Of a stretch of DNA of 64,000 nucleotides, positions 30,401-41,711 are shown piece by piece. How positions within the stretch are numbered: the first letter of the stretch is position 1; the number at the start of each line of letters is the position of its first letter. Source of the stretch: Deltaproteobacteria bacterium TL4 (GTDB lineage Bacteria > SAR324 > NAC60-12); assembly GCA_051382335.1 (NCBI GenBank), contig JBBCAX010000114.1:1-64000 (forward strand). Direction: 5' to 3'. A program made the translations under genes and the position numbers. The notes beneath the pieces are model-generated. The model was not told the origin of the DNA. It saw only the letters and a program-made list of their open reading frames with translations, and ran no database searches.

Positions 30401-31441
30401 GAGCTCTGAGTCAAGGATCGCGCCTTCCATCTGTTTGCGTTCCGTGATATCCGTACCCGTCATGATATAACCTGAGGTTTTTCCGCTTTTTAATTTTTGA
30501 GGCACCGCCAGCAATAAGACCCACCGTGGCGATTGATCCTCACGTTGAATTCGGCACTCAAGCTCCAAAGCGTTGCCATAGGCCAACTCTTTCCAATGAG
30601 CATGAACTCTCTCAAAATCATCGATGTGAATGATCATCATCCAATTGGTGCCATTCAGTTCTTCCCGGGTTTTTCCAGTAATTTCTTCCCACCGCTGATT
30701 AATGTACGAATAATTTCCCTCCGTGTCGGTGTAAAAAATGCCTACAGGCGAAATTTGGGTCAGGGTTTCAAACCAACGTTTCTGACCTTCAAGCAATGTG
30801 ATGATGGGTTGGCTGACGCGACCAAAAAGAATGGAGCCCAAACCAAACATTAAGATAAAAACGATGCCAATCAACAGTCCCGCTTTTTCAAAAGGGGCTC
30901 TAATTTCAGAGACATCAATTTTTGCGACAAGTCCCACTGCTTGGAAATTGAGCGGTTTGTAGGCGGCAAGCACTCGGGTTCCCCGGTAGTCCAGGGAGAC
31001 AATGGTCCCGGTTTCCTGAGTCAAGGCGAGACGCATCGGCTGGGCCATAGCGGAGTTCCAAGGGATGGTCAGGTCATTTTGAAGATAGTGCCGTTGATTC
31101 ACGTGAAGAATAACAATCTGGTCTTGAATCCGTTTGCCTAAAACAAACTCACCGGTTTCGCCAAAGCTCTGGTTAATTTTTCCGGTATCCAGCATCTCAT
31201 TCAAAATACGATGAATCGAGTTCTGATCTTCTTGAGACTCCCTTTGGGCGATCGATTCAATCAGCATTGCCTGGATGTGAACATTCTCTTTGAGTCGCTC
31301 TTTTTGCTGTTGGAACGAGGTGATATAGAGGATGTAAATCGCAATACCTCCGGCTCCCATCGCAATCACGAACAGAATGGTAAACAGCATGATAAACTGT
31401 TTTTTTCCATTGGTGTAAGGAGTTTGTTCTTTAGCATTCAT
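27410..31441 (-). CDS. Hybrid sensor histidine kinase (TM/Cache, PAS x3, GAF, HisKA, HATPase, REC)
   Basis: [16 protein letters not shown] and FMDIYMPEMNG motifs. Confidence 0.92.
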   Translation of the reverse strand: MNAKEQTPYTNGKKQFIMLFTILFVIAMGAGGIAIYILYITSFQQQKERLKENVHIQAMLIESIAQRESQEDQNSIHRILNEMLDTGKINQSFGETGEFVLGKRIQDQIVILHVNQRHYLQNDLTIPWNSAMAQPMRLALTQETGTIVSLDYRGTRVLAAYKPLNFQAVGLVAKIDVSEIRAPFEKAGLLIGIVFILMFGLGSILFGRVSQPIITLLEGQKRWFETLTQISPVGIFYTDTEGNYSYINQRWEEITGKTREELNGTNWMMIIHIDDFERVHAHWKELAYGNALELECRIQREDQSPRWVLLLAVPQKLKSGKTSGYIMTGTDITERKQMEGAILDSELKFRSVTQSINDAILSLDSHDRITFWSEGAQKMFGYAKEEILMHSLKTIIPLFYDEAQQQGLLQSAKIPGKKIPGKPLELVGLTKEGTEFPLELSIGSWKTGNELFISGILRDISARKRAEANLYQVNRALKTRSTANQALARVEDEAQLLQQLCKIIVEEGGYRFAWVGYPEEGNGENVHPVGHSLSAGVDLEQMKGSWSDLNQGPTKVAMRTGQPQIVTNIQVNDTGAETGSPSLLQGYASSVSIPLTSKGKAFGALNIYATEAYAFDEKELELLRGLANDLVYGINSLRARKARDQAKEELLQYKQQLEALVEERTSALKMTNQKLKQKRVELRKVMAQQQTLLDNTIVGIVLLKARKIVWNNSKFSEMFGYPAREVPNKLTKVFYASYEDYKKFGIEAHNVITQGGIYTVEMLMRHKKGTTLWCHLSAKAIDASNLSQGVLWVLVDIDKRKRVEDELQFAKEQAEISTQAKSRFLANMSHEIRTPLNAIVGFCQILLKELQNQPIPKEIHHYLEVIQTSSNNLSELMNNVLDLSKIEAGKQDVISEELNLKLLIQGIFHVHKANALDKQLTFNYSISPQLPEMIVSDRNKLNQILTNLVGNAIKFTPPKKKIELIAQREAHKIVFQVKDEGIGIPQEKQTVIFDAFEQAHKSTAYHFQGTGLGLAIAKKMVELLEGSIEVESVPEQGSCFTAKVPLVEASPKETSSEKLKWANYRFSPDSRVLVVEDNQINQKMMEVLFKKLGLTIEIANHGKEAIEKARSYQPQLIFMDIYMPEMNGLEATREIKKIPQCEAIPIIAFSADAFNEQQLEARQAGVSDYLTKPLQIHKLLPLLVKYLEPEVKANTLPTEPSLPQFAREQMIEKLEQFSQLVLEDEIQAKELLAQMKQLCEGYDTRYQSFLAEVEEMLLIQYPKQAKELTNQLLELHNQVRKEFIKFSKIPHFLVKQVHQKLRQMEELCEQYDSPYHQTLAKIQEASASRNSRQIPKLIKDIIG

Positions 31442-31487
31442 AATGCGACCTTGAATAAAGGGCTTGAAGAATAAATAAACTCAGCAC

Positions 31488-33104
31488 TTATAAGTCAAGC
31501 AGGAGTGTTTCCAAGCGATCCATGTCTACAGGTTTCGTAAAAAACTTAAGAATCCCATAATCCCTAAAGTTTTCTTCCGCAACAACCGCACTATAGCCTG
31601 TTGCCAGAATGATGGGCAATTCCGGTTGCAGTTGATGCAATTCCGCGCTGAGCTGGACTCCTGTCATTTTAGGCATGGCCTGATCCGTTAATACCAAATC
31701 AAACTTATCAGGATCTTGCTTGAATAGTTGGAGTGCCTCTTCACCATTATTGCATAAGGTGACCTGATGTCCCTGATGCGTTAAAGCTTCCTGATAATAC
31801 TCACCAATTTCAACTTCATCTTCAGCAATCAGGATCCGAAGACCGTTGACCGCCTCGATCAGCACGGGTTTTTCTTCAGCAACAGGTTCTTCCCGCACGG
31901 GAATGGTAATGCCTTCAGCGGTTGCCGGTAAGTACAAATGAAAAGTTGAGCCTTTGCCTTGCTCACTTTCAACCGAAATAGCGCCTCGATGATTGTGAAT
32001 GATATTATAGACCATCGACAGGCCCAGCCCTGTGCCCTCTCTGGAAGCTCCAATCTCGGTTCCGCCTAAACCTTTGGTGGTGAAAAAAGGATCAAAAATA
32101 CATTCCTTTTCTTCAGGAGACATCCCCTTCCCTGTATCACGAATTTTTAGATGAACGTAACGTCCTTGAGAAATTTCAAGCATTTGAGCGGACGCTTCGT
32201 TAAACTCAATCGGTTCCAGTGTGATCCCTAAACAGCCCTTTGGAACTTCTTCCATAGCCTCTTTGGCATTAATACAAAGATTGACCATGACTTGATAGAT
32301 TTGAGTCGAGTCGGCCAAAATCGCGGGGCAATTGGAATCAAAGTGGGTGCTGAGTTCGATGTTGGAAGGCATGGTGATTTTTACAATCTCCAAAGCCTCA
32401 TTGAGCGTCGGAATAATATTGATGGCTGTCTGATTGTGTTCTTTCGTCCGAGCAAAATTGAGCAGTTGGGACACTACATTCTGGGCGCGTTTCACCGCAT
32501 TATAGATGATGTTTACCGATTTTACAATTTTCCCCTGGTTGGAAAATTCATACAGTACCAACTCCGATTGCCCTAAAATTATAGATAAAATATTGTTGAA
32601 ATCATGAGCAATGCCGCCTGACAGCGTACCCAGCGCTTTCATTCTCTGTGCGTAACGTAGATGGCTTTCTGCCTGAACCCGCAGTTCATCGGAGTGTTTT
32701 CGTTCCCTGATTTCATTTTCCAGTTGATTGATGTAATCCTGACGAGATAAAGCCAAATTGATCCTGGCCCGTAAGACCACATGATTGACGGGCTTATGAA
32801 TAAAATCCACGGCCCCCGTATTCAAACACTCTTCCTGAAGATGTACGTCTACATCGCCTGTTAACATGATAACGGGAATGGTGCTGAATTGTGCCTGTCT
32901 TTTTAACTGCTTGAGTAAGCTCACCCCATCAATCCCGGGCATGTTGATATCGAGTAATATCAGATCCACGTTTAGATTCTCCAAAACCTGAAAGAGAAAC
33001 TCCGGCTCAGCGAGTGATTCCGAGTGGTAACCATAGGAGTCAATCAGTCTTGTCAATAAGTCCAATACGCTTTGATCATCATCAATTATTAGAATATTTG
33101 CCAT
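31488..33104 (-). CDS. REC-HisKA-HATPase-REC hybrid kinase (CckA-like H box)
   Basis: GGIAHDFNN, DPFFTTK and two receiver domains. Confidence 0.92.
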   Translation of the reverse strand: MANILIIDDDQSVLDLLTRLIDSYGYHSESLAEPEFLFQVLENLNVDLILLDINMPGIDGVSLLKQLKRQAQFSTIPVIMLTGDVDVHLQEECLNTGAVDFIHKPVNHVVLRARINLALSRQDYINQLENEIRERKHSDELRVQAESHLRYAQRMKALGTLSGGIAHDFNNILSIILGQSELVLYEFSNQGKIVKSVNIIYNAVKRAQNVVSQLLNFARTKEHNQTAINIIPTLNEALEIVKITMPSNIELSTHFDSNCPAILADSTQIYQVMVNLCINAKEAMEEVPKGCLGITLEPIEFNEASAQMLEISQGRYVHLKIRDTGKGMSPEEKECIFDPFFTTKGLGGTEIGASREGTGLGLSMVYNIIHNHRGAISVESEQGKGSTFHLYLPATAEGITIPVREEPVAEEKPVLIEAVNGLRILIAEDEVEIGEYYQEALTHQGHQVTLCNNGEEALQLFKQDPDKFDLVLTDQAMPKMTGVQLSAELHQLQPELPIILATGYSAVVAEENFRDYGILKFFTKPVDMDRLETLLLDL

Positions 33105-33300
33105 AATCACCCTCAAAACTTAGGTTTCCAGTTCAATGAGACCTAAAAATTTAATTTATTTTTAAGGCTTTTCGTGTGTTTCGTGGACTGAGTCGTTAGA
33201 ACCTTTTCTTTCTATCCCTAACATCTTCAATCGAAATTTTAAATCATTATCTTCAGGATCTGCTCAGATTTTCCCCCAATTGCCGTATGCGTCCAGAGCC

Positions 33301-33485
33301 CAATACCCGTGAGTGAATTCGGGACTGTCATTAACAAGTGACCTTAATTACAGTGAGTTATGCGCTTAAAACAGGTTATCCTGAACTGATGGCGAAACGT
33401 TCGTAGTTCCGCCTTCAGGCGGCTTTTCAGCAGGGGTTTCCGCCTAAAGGCGGGACTACAAACCTGATTTCACTCACGGATATTG
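33301..33485. repeat. MITE family D (CAATA ends, 10-bp target duplication) with internal GTAG REP doublet
   Basis: TIR CAATACCCGTGAGTGAA / TTCACTCACGGATATTG; flanks GTCCAGAGCC and GCCCAGAGCC; internal GTAGTTCCGCCTTCAGGCGG...CCGCCTAAAGGCGGGACTAC. Confidence 0.8.
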
Positions 33486-33659
33486 GCCCAGAGCCCCTCC
33501 CCTATCCCAAGGTGGTTGTTCGGAAAGAGAAGGTGACTTTGTAGTGAGATAACTAGCACAAAGGCTCAAATACGCAATAAGTAACTTAAATAATGAACGT
33601 TCCAGAGTGATTTAATTGCTTGACTTCCCTCTGATCCAATGCGATAACGTGGAACGTCA

Positions 33660-33740
33660 CTAACGGCACGGGGTGCCCTGCAGGCTGAGAACAAACCCGC
33701 TATTACCTGAACTGGATAATGCCAGCGTAGGAATTGTCGA
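33660..33740 (+). promoter_or_regulatory. TPP riboswitch
   Basis: GGGGTGCC...CTGAGA...ACCC...ACCTGAACTGGATAATGCCAGCGTAGGAA, upstream of the thi operon. Confidence 0.93.
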
Positions 33741-33851
33741 ATCGCATAGGAAATCGTCAAGACCCTTTCCCTTTATTGTCCATTCGCCGAACATCCCTTA
33801 GCTCTAATAATCCGGTTTTTCAAACGGTTAGAAATAATCTTCGTTCAGGTA

Positions 33852-33950
33852 TAGTGCTCAAGGAAAGTTTTGTCCTGGGAGCGAGGGCCTCTTGCCCTCA
33901 CCGGAGGGCGGGACGCCCTCCCCCCGAGACAAAACTTTTCTGGACATCTA
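33852..33950. repeat. MITE-like element family C in the thi leader
   Basis: TA duplication on both sides; similar to 18096-18196. Confidence 0.8.
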
Positions 33951-33991
33951 TACGTTTGTCTGCGGCTGAATCGTTAAGAATTAGGAGCTTT

Positions 33992-34633
33992 ATGAGTGTT
34001 GAAGGCATATATTTGGTCGGTGGGATTCGGTTTCAGCAAACAACGGACACCTTCTTGAAAGCGGTTGACGACGCTTTAAGGGGGGGAGTTCGCATATTTC
34101 AGTTACGAGTCAAAACTCATTTGTCCGATCGGGAACATTTGGCTTTGGCCCGTGAGGTTCGAGCGCTCACACGAAGTTACCAAGCGACTTTTGTGATGAA
34201 TGATCGTCCTGATTTGGCTGTTCTTTGTGAGGCGGATGGCTTGCACCTGGGACCGGAAGACATGAGTGTTTCGGACGCGCGGAAGATTGTAGGGAGACTC
34301 CTGATAGGCAAATCCTCCCATTCTCATCAACAAGCGCTAGACGCCCTGCGGGAAGACATCGATTACCTTTCAGTCGGCCCTGTTTGGGATACGGATTGTA
34401 AGTCGGTTCCTGATGAAATCGTAGGTTTGGAACTCCTCAAAACGGTACGTTCCCAGATCCAAGTTCCCCTTGTCGCGATTGGAGGTATTACGGTGGAACG
34501 TGTTCCCGAAGTACTGAAAACCGGAATTCGTTGTGTGGGATTGATCCGGGGGATCATGGCCGCGGACAATATTCAGGTAGCCGCCCAACGGTACACCAAA
34601 GCCTTTAACTTGTCGCTATCACCAGAGTCATAA
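33992..34633 (+). CDS. thiE: Thiamine-phosphate synthase
   Basis: QLRVK, MNDR, HLGPED, GKSSH and VAIGGI motifs; RBS AGGAG before ATG 33992. Confidence 0.93.
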   Translation: MSVEGIYLVGGIRFQQTTDTFLKAVDDALRGGVRIFQLRVKTHLSDREHLALAREVRALTRSYQATFVMNDRPDLAVLCEADGLHLGPEDMSVSDARKIVGRLLIGKSSHSHQQALDALREDIDYLSVGPVWDTDCKSVPDEIVGLELLKTVRSQIQVPLVAIGGITVERVPEVLKTGIRCVGLIRGIMAADNIQVAAQRYTKAFNLSLSPES

Positions 34634-35487
34634 TGTTTCCTCAGACAACATGGCGTCTGCCTGTCACCTTAACGATTGCTGGCTCAGATAGTAGTGGAGG
34701 CGCGGGAATTCAAGCGGATTTGAAGACATTTTCCGCGCTGTCGTGTTATGGCATGTCGGTCATAACCGCCATAACCGCCCAAAACACTCAGGGGATCCAA
34801 GCCGTATCAGGCGTGAGTCCGGAATGTGTTCGCGCGCAACTGCACGCGGTACTCAGTGATATCAAAACCGATGCGATTAAAACCGGAATGCTCTACTCTA
34901 CGGAGATTGTCGCGGTCCTTGTCGACTATTTTAAAAATCAATCGGTTTCTAACTTGGTTGTAGATCCCGTAATGCTGTCCAGTAGCGGCACCTCGTTATT
35001 GGACGCAGCCGCGACAACCTTATTGATCGAACAACTTTTTCCCCAGGCAACCGTGGTCACCCCCAACCGTACAGAGGCCTCGGCCTTGTTAAAAAGAGCA
35101 TTGACTTGTTATGCTGAAGTTGAAGAAGCCTGTCAGGAATTATTAGCCATGGGGATGAAGGCCGTGTTGTTGAAAGGCGGAGACTTCGAGGAACACACCA
35201 GTAGCGATTGTCTCAGCTATTACGAACCCTCAGGCCAATTGGTGGTAAAGTGGTTTTCCTCTCCCCGTTTACAAACAAGAAATACTCATGGGACAGGATG
35301 TACTCTGTCTTCAGCGATTACCGCGTATTTAGCTCGGGGCTTGTTGCTGCAAGACGCGGTAAGCGCAGCAAAAACGTATCTCACCGGAGCCTTGAACGCA
35401 GGAAGGGCCTTGAACATCGGCAAAGGGAAAGGACCTCTTCAACATTTTTGGAAAAGGAACATGGATGAAGGAGCAGATAAAAAATGA
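34633..35487 (+). CDS. thiD: Hydroxymethylpyrimidine/phosphomethylpyrimidine kinase
   Basis: IAGSDSSGGAGIQAD and THGTGCTLS motifs. Confidence 0.96.
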   Translation: MFPQTTWRLPVTLTIAGSDSSGGAGIQADLKTFSALSCYGMSVITAITAQNTQGIQAVSGVSPECVRAQLHAVLSDIKTDAIKTGMLYSTEIVAVLVDYFKNQSVSNLVVDPVMLSSSGTSLLDAAATTLLIEQLFPQATVVTPNRTEASALLKRALTCYAEVEEACQELLAMGMKAVLLKGGDFEEHTSSDCLSYYEPSGQLVVKWFSSPRLQTRNTHGTGCTLSSAITAYLARGLLLQDAVSAAKTYLTGALNAGRALNIGKGKGPLQHFWKRNMDEGADKK

Positions 35488-35687
35488 AAGTAACCGTCAA
35501 TGATGACCTTGTTGAAATCGAACCTGGTTCTTCAATTCGCAAGCTGTTGGAACTGATGGAGCAAGGGGTTTCAGAAGGAATTGCGCTGGCACTCAATGAG
35601 CACATTATTCCCCAAACCTTATGGGAACAGACTCCATTACACGAAGAGGACCAGATATTCATTGTGAAAGCAACTCAAGGAGGCTGA
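35484..35687 (+). CDS. thiS: Sulfur carrier protein
   Basis: 67 aa ending in GG, within the thi operon. Confidence 0.95.
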   Translation: MKVTVNDDLVEIEPGSSIRKLLELMEQGVSEGIALALNEHIIPQTLWEQTPLHEEDQIFIVKATQGG

Positions 35688-35754
35688 TCCCAGTAATCCG
35701 TCGACCTATCAGGCTGATGCCTTTGTGGCCAAGTTACAATTCTTTATCAAGTAA

Positions 35755-37662
<1,908 letters not shown>

Positions 37663-37777
37663 GCCACACTCCACAGAAACGGTTATTAAATGGCTCACGA
37701 ATTTACACGGATCCACTGGATAAAAAAAATCAAAATGAGAAGTTCTCTCTATGAACCCTAATGAAGCAGGTAGGACC

Positions 37778-38557
37778 ATGATTCAACCTTTGACGATCAA
37801 AGATAAAACCTTCAATTCCCGTCTCTTTCTGGGGACGGGAAAGTTTCATGCCAATAGTGTGATGCAACAAGCGATTGAAGCTTCCGAAAGCGAGTTGGTA
37901 ACGGTTGCTTTAAAACGACTCAACCTCAAAGAAGTTAATGACGATCTTTTAAAACATATTCAATGCGCTGGTGTCCATTTACTCCCTAATACTTCGGGGG
38001 TTCGTACCGCGAAAGAAGCCATTTTTGCCGCGGAACTGGCGCGAGAAGCGCTGGGAACCAATTGGCTTAAATTGGAAATTCACCCCGACCCCCGATATTT
38101 GTTGCCGGATCCCCTGGAAACTTTAAATGCCGCGGAAGCTCTGGTTAAAAAAGGTTTTGTGGTTCTGCCTTATATTCAAGCGGACCCTGTTTTATGTAAA
38201 CGCCTTGAAGATGTAGGGGTTGCCGCCTTGATGCCTTTGGGTGCCCCCATTGGCAGCAATCAGGGGCTACAAACCAGAACCATGATCGCCATCATCGTGG
38301 AACAAAGCAATGTGCCCGTCATTGTTGACGCCGGTTTGGGAGCGCCCTCTCATGCGGCAGAAGCGTTGGAAATGGGCGTTGACGCTGTTTTAGTCAATAC
38401 GGCTATTGCGGTTGCTGGAGATCCTGTGCGAATGGCTTTGGCCTTTAAACTAGCGGTCACTGCGGGTAGAATAGCCTTTGAGGCAAAACTCGGTAAAATT
38501 TCAAAAATCGCTCAAGAGAGCAGTCCCTTAACTGCGTTTCTTGGAAAATCAGCATAG
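37778..38557 (+). CDS. thiG: Thiazole synthase
   Basis: [20 protein letters not shown] and PIGSNQG motifs; start at the second ATG. Confidence 0.96.
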   Translation: MIQPLTIKDKTFNSRLFLGTGKFHANSVMQQAIEASESELVTVALKRLNLKEVNDDLLKHIQCAGVHLLPNTSGVRTAKEAIFAAELAREALGTNWLKLEIHPDPRYLLPDPLETLNAAEALVKKGFVVLPYIQADPVLCKRLEDVGVAALMPLGAPIGSNQGLQTRTMIAIIVEQSNVPVIVDAGLGAPSHAAEALEMGVDAVLVNTAIAVAGDPVRMALAFKLAVTAGRIAFEAKLGKISKIAQESSPLTAFLGKSA

Positions 38558-38572
38558 CCCAAAGGAGTAAAC

Positions 38573-39718
38573 ATGAGTGGATTTCGCAGTGTCTTTGATC
38601 AATATCAATGGCAAGACATACAAACTCAAATTGCGTCTCAGACCTCAGCCGATGTAGAACGAGCTCTCTCCCGTGTTGGTTCTCGAAAACTGGAAGACTT
38701 CATGGCTTTAATTTCTCCTGTGGCACAAGAATATCTGGATACGATGGCCGAGCTGAGTCACCGCTTAACCAAACAGCGTTTTGGAAACACGCTGCAAATG
38801 TATATCCCTCTTTATGTATCCAATGAGTGCAAAAACCTATGCACCTATTGTGGTTTCAGTCACAATGTCAACATTCCCCGTCTCACCTTGAACGAAGAAC
38901 AACTGTTGAAGGAGGTGGAGATCATCAAAGCCTATGGCTACGAGCACATCTTACTGGTCTCCGGAGAGGATCCCAAACAGGTGGGAATCGAATACTTTAA
39001 AAAGGTTTTCCAGTGGATCCGCCCTCACTTCGCTCACATTTCAATGGAAGTTCAACCCCTGAGCCGGGAGCATTATGAGGAGTTGATTGCTTTAGGTCTG
39101 AACACGGTGTTGGTTTATCAGGAAACCTATGGCCCTGGTTATGCGCAGTTTCACCCCAAAGGCAATAAATCCAAGTTTGATTACCGCCTCGAAACACCAG
39201 ATCGTCTGGGGGAAGCACAAATTCATAAAATTGGCTTGGGCATTTTGCTGGGACTCGACGATTGGCGAAGTGATTCCTGGTTTGTGGGACTGCATCTGGA
39301 TTATCTGGAAAAGAAATATTGGAAAACCAAATTCTCTGTTTCCTTTCCTCGTTTACGACCCGCGACAGGCTGTCAACCGCCCAAAGTTGAAATGACGCCA
39401 CGAGAACAGGTTCAGTTGATTTGCGCGTGGCGTTTGTTCAACCCTGATGTCGAATTGTCGCTCTCTACCCGAGAGTCTGCTGTCTTTCGAGATAACGTGC
39501 TTAAGCTGGGAATTACCTCGATCAGCGCGGGTTCTTGCACCGAACCAGGAGGCTATGCTTTAAAAAAAGCAGCCTTGGAACAGTTTGAAACGGATGATAA
39601 ACGATCCCCTCAAGAAGTTGCCGCGATGATACGGTCTCAGGGCTACGAACCGGTTTGGAAAGATTGGGATATTCATTATGGCACCTCTTCAGCTTATGCG
39701 AATCTTGCCGTTAGCTAA
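38573..39718 (+). CDS. thiH: 2-iminoacetate synthase (radical SAM)
   Basis: CKNLCTYC, YQETY and SLSTRE motifs. Confidence 0.95.
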   Translation: MSGFRSVFDQYQWQDIQTQIASQTSADVERALSRVGSRKLEDFMALISPVAQEYLDTMAELSHRLTKQRFGNTLQMYIPLYVSNECKNLCTYCGFSHNVNIPRLTLNEEQLLKEVEIIKAYGYEHILLVSGEDPKQVGIEYFKKVFQWIRPHFAHISMEVQPLSREHYEELIALGLNTVLVYQETYGPGYAQFHPKGNKSKFDYRLETPDRLGEAQIHKIGLGILLGLDDWRSDSWFVGLHLDYLEKKYWKTKFSVSFPRLRPATGCQPPKVEMTPREQVQLICAWRLFNPDVELSLSTRESAVFRDNVLKLGITSISAGSCTEPGGYALKKAALEQFETDDKRSPQEVAAMIRSQGYEPVWKDWDIHYGTSSAYANLAVS

Positions 39719-39734
39719 TTTTAAAGGGAATGGA

Positions 39735-40289
39735 GTGAAAATCGGGCTATTCATGGCTCTTGTTCTCAGCATCAGCGCCTGCGCTGAAGACCGTTATCAC
39801 TCCGTCCCTTATGAAAACTTTGAAAGGGTCGGTATTCTGGGACATGGTCGAGGGGTTTTGGGAGATCTTCAAATCAATTACTATGGCCTTGAGCGGCGCT
39901 GTGATACCTGTCACACCGTTAGTCCTGAAGCCCATTCAGCTTTAGGAACCTGTAATCGCTGCCACCAGCCTTATCAATCGAAAGGCTGGAAAGATTCATT
40001 GTTTGCGCCAAAACATAAAAAAGTTCTTGTCTTGGAAGGCAAGCTTTATCATAACCTGGCATGTACCGGATGCCATCCCCAATCTCAATCAAGCGCTCTG
40101 TTTAAAAAAGCGGCGTGTATCCACTGTCACAACCATAGTCCCAGGGATATTCGATACGCTCACGCCTTGATGGACGATCCCTTCGACATGAAAGTCGAGA
40201 ATACAGACCAGCGGTGTGTCGATTGCCATGCGCTAACAGGAAAAGAGTATGAAAAATTTTATGATCCGGAGACAGGATATCCACGTTAA
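39735..40289 (+). CDS. Pentaheme cytochrome c lipoprotein
   Basis: Five CXXCH motifs; signal peptide [16 protein letters not shown] with lipobox. Confidence 0.8.
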   Translation: MKIGLFMALVLSISACAEDRYHSVPYENFERVGILGHGRGVLGDLQINYYGLERRCDTCHTVSPEAHSALGTCNRCHQPYQSKGWKDSLFAPKHKKVLVLEGKLYHNLACTGCHPQSQSSALFKKAACIHCHNHSPRDIRYAHALMDDPFDMKVENTDQRCVDCHALTGKEYEKFYDPETGYPR

Positions 40290-40298
40290 CTCTTGCTA

Positions 40299-40374
40299 TA
40301 GACTTTCAGATAAGTCTTTCCTGGAAACGCGGGCATCCTGCCCGCAAAAAGCAGGCGGGACGCCTGCGCTCCCA
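40299..40374. repeat. Truncated MITE family C at the hsdR deletion end
   Basis: Near reverse complement of 4479-4554. Confidence 0.75.
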
Positions 40375-40379
40375 CAAGT

Positions 40380-41507
40380 AAGCTCTTCAAGGTTTCATAG
40401 TAGGCTTTGGCAGCATCGACACTGCTCACGGCAAACAGGGTGTTAAAGCCTTTGTTACTCCCTTGCAGTCGATGGGTTTTCTGTTTGAAGTTGTTGAGAA
40501 GGTACTGAGAAATTTCTTTGATACGCTCGGGGGTGCAGTAAAGCTTGTTTGTTTTCTGCGGCACTGAGTTTTTTCTCGTCCAGTTCGGATTCAATCGTCT
40601 TAAACTGGGGGCGTACATCGTTGTAGTCCACTTTGAATTTCAATACTTTTTCATCTCTGATCGCATCGGTAATGACATATAGATGTTCATTTAAATAAAT
40701 TCAGAATGTATATTTCGGACGATCCATTTAATCGACTCATTATTAGGAGTGTCAAAGCTTGCTTTGACCAGAAAAGCCAAAGCTTTTCTTTGAATTTTGC
40801 CAAAGCAAGCTTTGGTACTCCACATTGATTCCAATGAAATTATTTAAATGAACGTCTATAGGAGTACAATTCAGTACCAAAAACGAGGGCGGTGGTTTCT
40901 GCACCCAAGGCATTTTGTGGGAAAATCGGCGTACCGGTAAACCCGAACTGGCAGAACTTTTTGAACTTTTTTTTGAGGTTCTTTTGAGCTTCCCCAAATT
41001 GCGAACGGTGGCATTCGTCAAAGATAAACACTACTTGCTTGCCGTAGATGGGCAGGTCGGCTCACCTTTTATGAGGTTGTTCAGTTTTTGAAGGGTGTTT
41101 ACGATGATTTTATTGCGGGCAATGTTCTTTTTGTCCACGAGGTAGATGTTTTGGATAGGTCCCTCATCAAAGACAAAATCGTGGATATAGTTATCGTGGA
41201 TTTTACGGGTTTTGTCGAGGGTGGTATCGCTGGGTTTATCTAAAAACTCTTCAACAAAGCGAGACCATTCGCCTTCTGAAAACTGCACCTTGTTGAGGGT
41301 TTGCAACTGCACCCGCACATTGGCAAGCATTGTTTCGGGGGTGGTGAGATTGGGGAGGTGTTCATAGCCCTGATTTTTCAGGTCAGCGATAAATTCGTTT
41401 TCTAACTGGTATTCGGTTTGATAGGATTCACATACCAGCCAACCTCTGTCGTATCTATCTAAAACGATGAAGTTGTTTGATTCTGCTATGGTTTTATAGT
41501 CGGTCAT
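40380..41507 (-). pseudogene. hsdR: Type I restriction subunit (EcoR124I-like), fragmented
   Basis: [12 protein letters not shown] start, [10 protein letters not shown] and FTGTP motifs; internal deletion, frameshifts, MITE insertion and C-terminal truncation. Confidence 0.92.
40680..40858. repeat. MITE family A inserted in hsdR with TA duplication
   Basis: Removing it and one TA restores ...[15 protein letters not shown]. Confidence 0.9.
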
Positions 41508-41526
41508 TTATTTGACTCCTTTTTCT

Positions 41527-41708
41527 AACCACGGAATACACAGAAAACACAGAAAGGTTTTTAAGAACATTCTTTTTCCGTGTATTCAGTGTGTTCTGTG
41601 GTTTAATCATTTATTGTGGGTTCTTTTTTCTAACCACGGAATACACAGAAAACACAGAAAGGTTTTTAAGAACATTCTTTTTCCGTGTATTCAGTGTGTT
41701 CTGTGGTT
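41527..41708. repeat. Two identical 77-bp hairpin units (41527-41603, 41632-41708)
   Basis: AACCACGGAATACACAGAAAACACAGAAA...TTTCCGTGTATTCAGTGTGTTCTGTGGTT, 105-bp period. Confidence 0.9.
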
Positions 41709-41711
41709 CCA

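Noticed and set aside
33734..33991. N-terminal extension of thiE in the ORF track (likewise kinase 25342-25455)
   Set aside because: Runs through leader and MITE sequence; better starts lie downstream.
41520..41708. Direct repeats considered as a CRISPR array
   Set aside because: Only two adjacent units of about 80 bp with a ~20-bp gap; no cas genes.
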